From: Octopus sinensis
Taxonomy: Eukaryota
Direction: 5' to 3'
NCBI RefSeq assembly: GCF_006345805.1
Contig: NW_021835836.1
Span: forward strand, 1 to 38,909
DNA length: 38,909 bases
Both the position numbers and the translations under genes were made by a program. Shown piece by piece: positions 36,546 through 38,909 of this stretch (position 1 is the stretch's first letter; each line of letters opens with the position of its first letter). The notes beneath the pieces were generated by a model, which saw only the letters and a list, made by a program, of their open reading frames with translations, had not been told where the DNA came from and did no database searches.

Positions 36546-37299
36546 GTTTTACACAGCTCCCCTATATCTTATTAATGACGTTTAAAATTTCTTCTTTAAT
36601 TACATATACTCCTTAGTTTGCGGTTAATTTCTAATGTTGCAGTTTTAATATTTTTATAGATTTTTTTTGACAAATTCTTTCTTTTTTTTTGTATATAGTT
36701 TTACGCTTTTACCATTTCTTTTCTGATATTTTCTTGTTGTTGTTGTCGTTGATGTTGCTAATCTTGTTACAGCTTTTGTTGTTCTTGTTACCCATTATTC
36801 ATATTGCTTAGTTTATATATATATATATACATGCCTCTGTGCGCGCGCGCGCGCGCGTGTGTGTGTGTGTGTTTGCGTATATAATTTTTGCTAGTTTCTA
36901 AATTCGCAACATAATTTTGAGAAAATTTCGTTATTTATCCTGAAAATATATAACCAAGCACATGGAGAACAACAACGACAAAAAAAACCCACAAAAAAAT
37001 CGTAAGAAAGTATATAAACGTGGAGAGATAGACATATATACATCAAGGCAAATATATACATATATATATATATACATATATATATATGATGAATAACAAA
37101 GAGGAACGAAAAACAAAAGAGTAGAAATAAAAGAAAATCAAGGAATGAGAGAAAAAGAAATATGTAAAGGAGAAAGAAATAAGAGAAAGAAGAAAAATAA
37201 AGAAAGGAATTAAAGAAAAAAAAAGGAGCAAGGTAGTGGAGCTAATGTAGGTGTGGTTTGCAAATTCTGTCTCAGAATTGTGTCCATTTGCAAAATACC

Positions 37300-37530
37300 T
37301 ATTTCTTTACTACCCACAAGGGGCTAAGCATAGAGAGGACAAACAAGGACAGACAAACGGATTAAGTCGATTATATCGACCCCAGTGTGTAACTGGTACT
37401 TATTTAATCGACCCCGAAAGGATGAAAGACAAAGTCGACCTCGGCGGAATTTGAACTCAGAACGTAGCGATAGACGAAATACCGCTGAGCATTTCGCCCG
37501 GCGTGCTAACGATTCTGCCAGCTCGCCGCC
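37300..37530 (-). mobile_element. SINE family B, full length, with 14-bp target-site duplication
   Basis: TSD ATTTGCAAAATACC at 37286-37299 and 37531-37544. Confidence 0.95.
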
Positions 37531-37776
37531 ATTTGCAAAATACCATTGGAGCTTATTTTAAGGACCATGGGTGTACTATAGGGATTTATAGAAAAACTGT
37601 TGGGATTTGAACCAAAAGTTACTGAGTAACAAAAGTATCATTCTGCTAATGAATTTGTGTTATTACAAGTAGACGAAAGTCGACGGCAACTGACCATTGT
37701 GAAAAACCAAAAGTTCGTCTGTTATGGCCACATTCGAAGAAGCTGCTATCTGGGAAATATTATCATGGAAAGAAGG

Positions 37777-38177
37777 AAAGCGGCGAGCTGGCAGCGTCGT
37801 TAGCACGCTGGACGAAATGCTTAGCGGTATTTCGCCCGCCGTTACGTTCTGAGTTCAAATTCCGCCGAGGTCGACTTTGCCTTTCATCCTTTCGGGGTCG
37901 ATTAAATAAGTACCAGTTACGCACTGGGGTCGATATAATCGACTTAATCCGTTTGACTGGCCTTGTTTGTCCTCTCTGTGTTTAGCCCCTTGTGGGTAGT
38001 AAAGAAATAAGTATTTCGCCTGTCGTTGTTACTTTCTGAGTTCAAATTCCGCCAAGATCGAGTTTGCTTTTCATCTTTTTGGAGTCGATTAATCAAGTAC
38101 GAGTTGCGTACTGGGGTCGATGAGATCGACTAGTCTCCTCACCCAAACTTCCAGGCCTTGTGCCTATAGTAGGAAGA
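37777..38177 (+). mobile_element. Composite SINE family B (one head, two bodies, two different tails) with 18-bp TSD
   Basis: TSD ATTATCATGGAA(A/G)GAAGG at 37759-37776 and 38178-38195; the body restarts at GTATTTCGCC (38011). Confidence 0.85.
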
Positions 38178-38510
38178 ATTATCATGGAAGGAAGGCCTGA
38201 GAATAGTGGATCAAGAGGTCGGAAAATACCGCAATGATTGCACGGTATTAAGGACTGGTTTGACAAGAGTGGCAAAGCAGCGGCAGAACTGGCGTTTGAT
38301 CGGGAAGATTTTTATTGTAGTGCCATCAATGCGATGCAGGCGTATGATACATAACGACGACGACGAAGAAGAAGAAGAAAACAAAATTACCACAAACAAG
38401 AAACCAAGTACCCCTAACCCTATCTCTATCCCTAACCAAGCTCAACCCTATGGAAACTAGAATTTCAATGAAGGATACCTTATAACTTACGACGACACAA
38501 CATGAAAAAG

Positions 38511-38654
38511 TACATTATTTACATTTGATGGGTATTTGTCCTCATCCTGTTTGTTGTTAACACAACGTTTCGGCTGATATATCCTCCAGCCTTCATCAGG
38601 TGTCTTGGGGAAATTTCGAACCTGGGTTCTCATTCTTAAGATATTTTTCGATAT

Positions 38655-38691
<37 letters not shown>

Positions 38692-38808
38692 TAATTATTA
38701 TTATTATTATTATTATTATTAGTATTATTCAGGTCACTGCCTGCAATTGAACTCGGAAACTTGGGGTTAGTAACTCGCGCTCTTAACCACTAAGCCACAT
38801 GCTCGTGC
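38511..38808 (-). mobile_element. Candidate tRNA-headed SINE-like element carrying a hammerhead ribozyme
   Basis: Minus strand: A box TGGCTTAGTGG, B-box-like GAGTTCAATTGC, (AAT)n linker, hammerhead at 38559-38604, T5 run at 38505-38509. Confidence 0.65.
38559..38604 (-). ncRNA. Minimal type I hammerhead ribozyme motif
   Basis: GACAC-CTGATGA-A-GGCTG-GAGGATATAT-CAGCC-GAA-ACGT-T-GTGTT: 5-bp stem I (one GU), intact core, 5-bp stem II, palindromic ACGT, GUU triplet; predicted cut between 38564 and 38563. Confidence 0.8.
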
Positions 38809-38814
38809 CAGTGA

Positions 38815-38882
<68 letters not shown>
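38655..38882. repeat. (AAT)n/(ATT)n arrays in inverted arrangement around and within the SINE-like element
   Basis: (AAT)n 38656-38691, (ATT)n 38692-38720, (AAT)n 38819-38882. Confidence 0.9.
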
Positions 38883-38883
<1 letters not shown>

Positions 38884-38909
38884 GAACGACAACAACAACA
38901 AAAAGTAGA

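Noticed and set aside
36840-36872. (CG)8 followed by (TG)n, Z-DNA-prone
   Set aside because: Real but ordinary in such a microsatellite-rich window; no supporting context.

Overview
AT-rich eukaryotic genomic DNA dominated by microsatellites and decayed transposable elements. The SINE/LINE content looks like an Octopus (cephalopod) genome; this is inferred from pattern recognition, not a database search. I cannot support any complete protein-coding gene, tRNA, rRNA or CRISPR array, and nearly all ORF-track entries are translations of simple repeats or antisense to transposons. Mobile elements: a 5'-truncated R4/Dong-type LINE inserted in (AAT)n, two CR1-group LINE pseudogenes, an RTE 3' end, two mariner relics, a Helentron/DINE-like non-autonomous element, and about 20 pieces of three working tRNA-derived SINE families (A, B, C). 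The most interesting signal is a set of minimal hammerhead ribozyme motifs: three near-complete (20350-20410, 28448-28530, 38559-38604, all on the minus strand) and two degenerate or partial (9621-9656, 24816-24845), each in unrelated flanking sequence. One lies downstream of a tRNA-like Pol III head, giving a candidate ribozyme-carrying SINE/retrozyme-like element. Two of the ribozyme-bearing elements carry inverted 5' duplications of the kind associated with Penelope-type insertion. Also present: a copy of a LINE's own 3' flank inserted into its endonuclease domain, a 1.2-kb tandem duplication, an inverted SINE pair, and weak splice-signal candidates suggesting the window may be intronic. 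Coordinates and identities were read by eye and may be off by a few bases; some indels may be long-read assembly errors.
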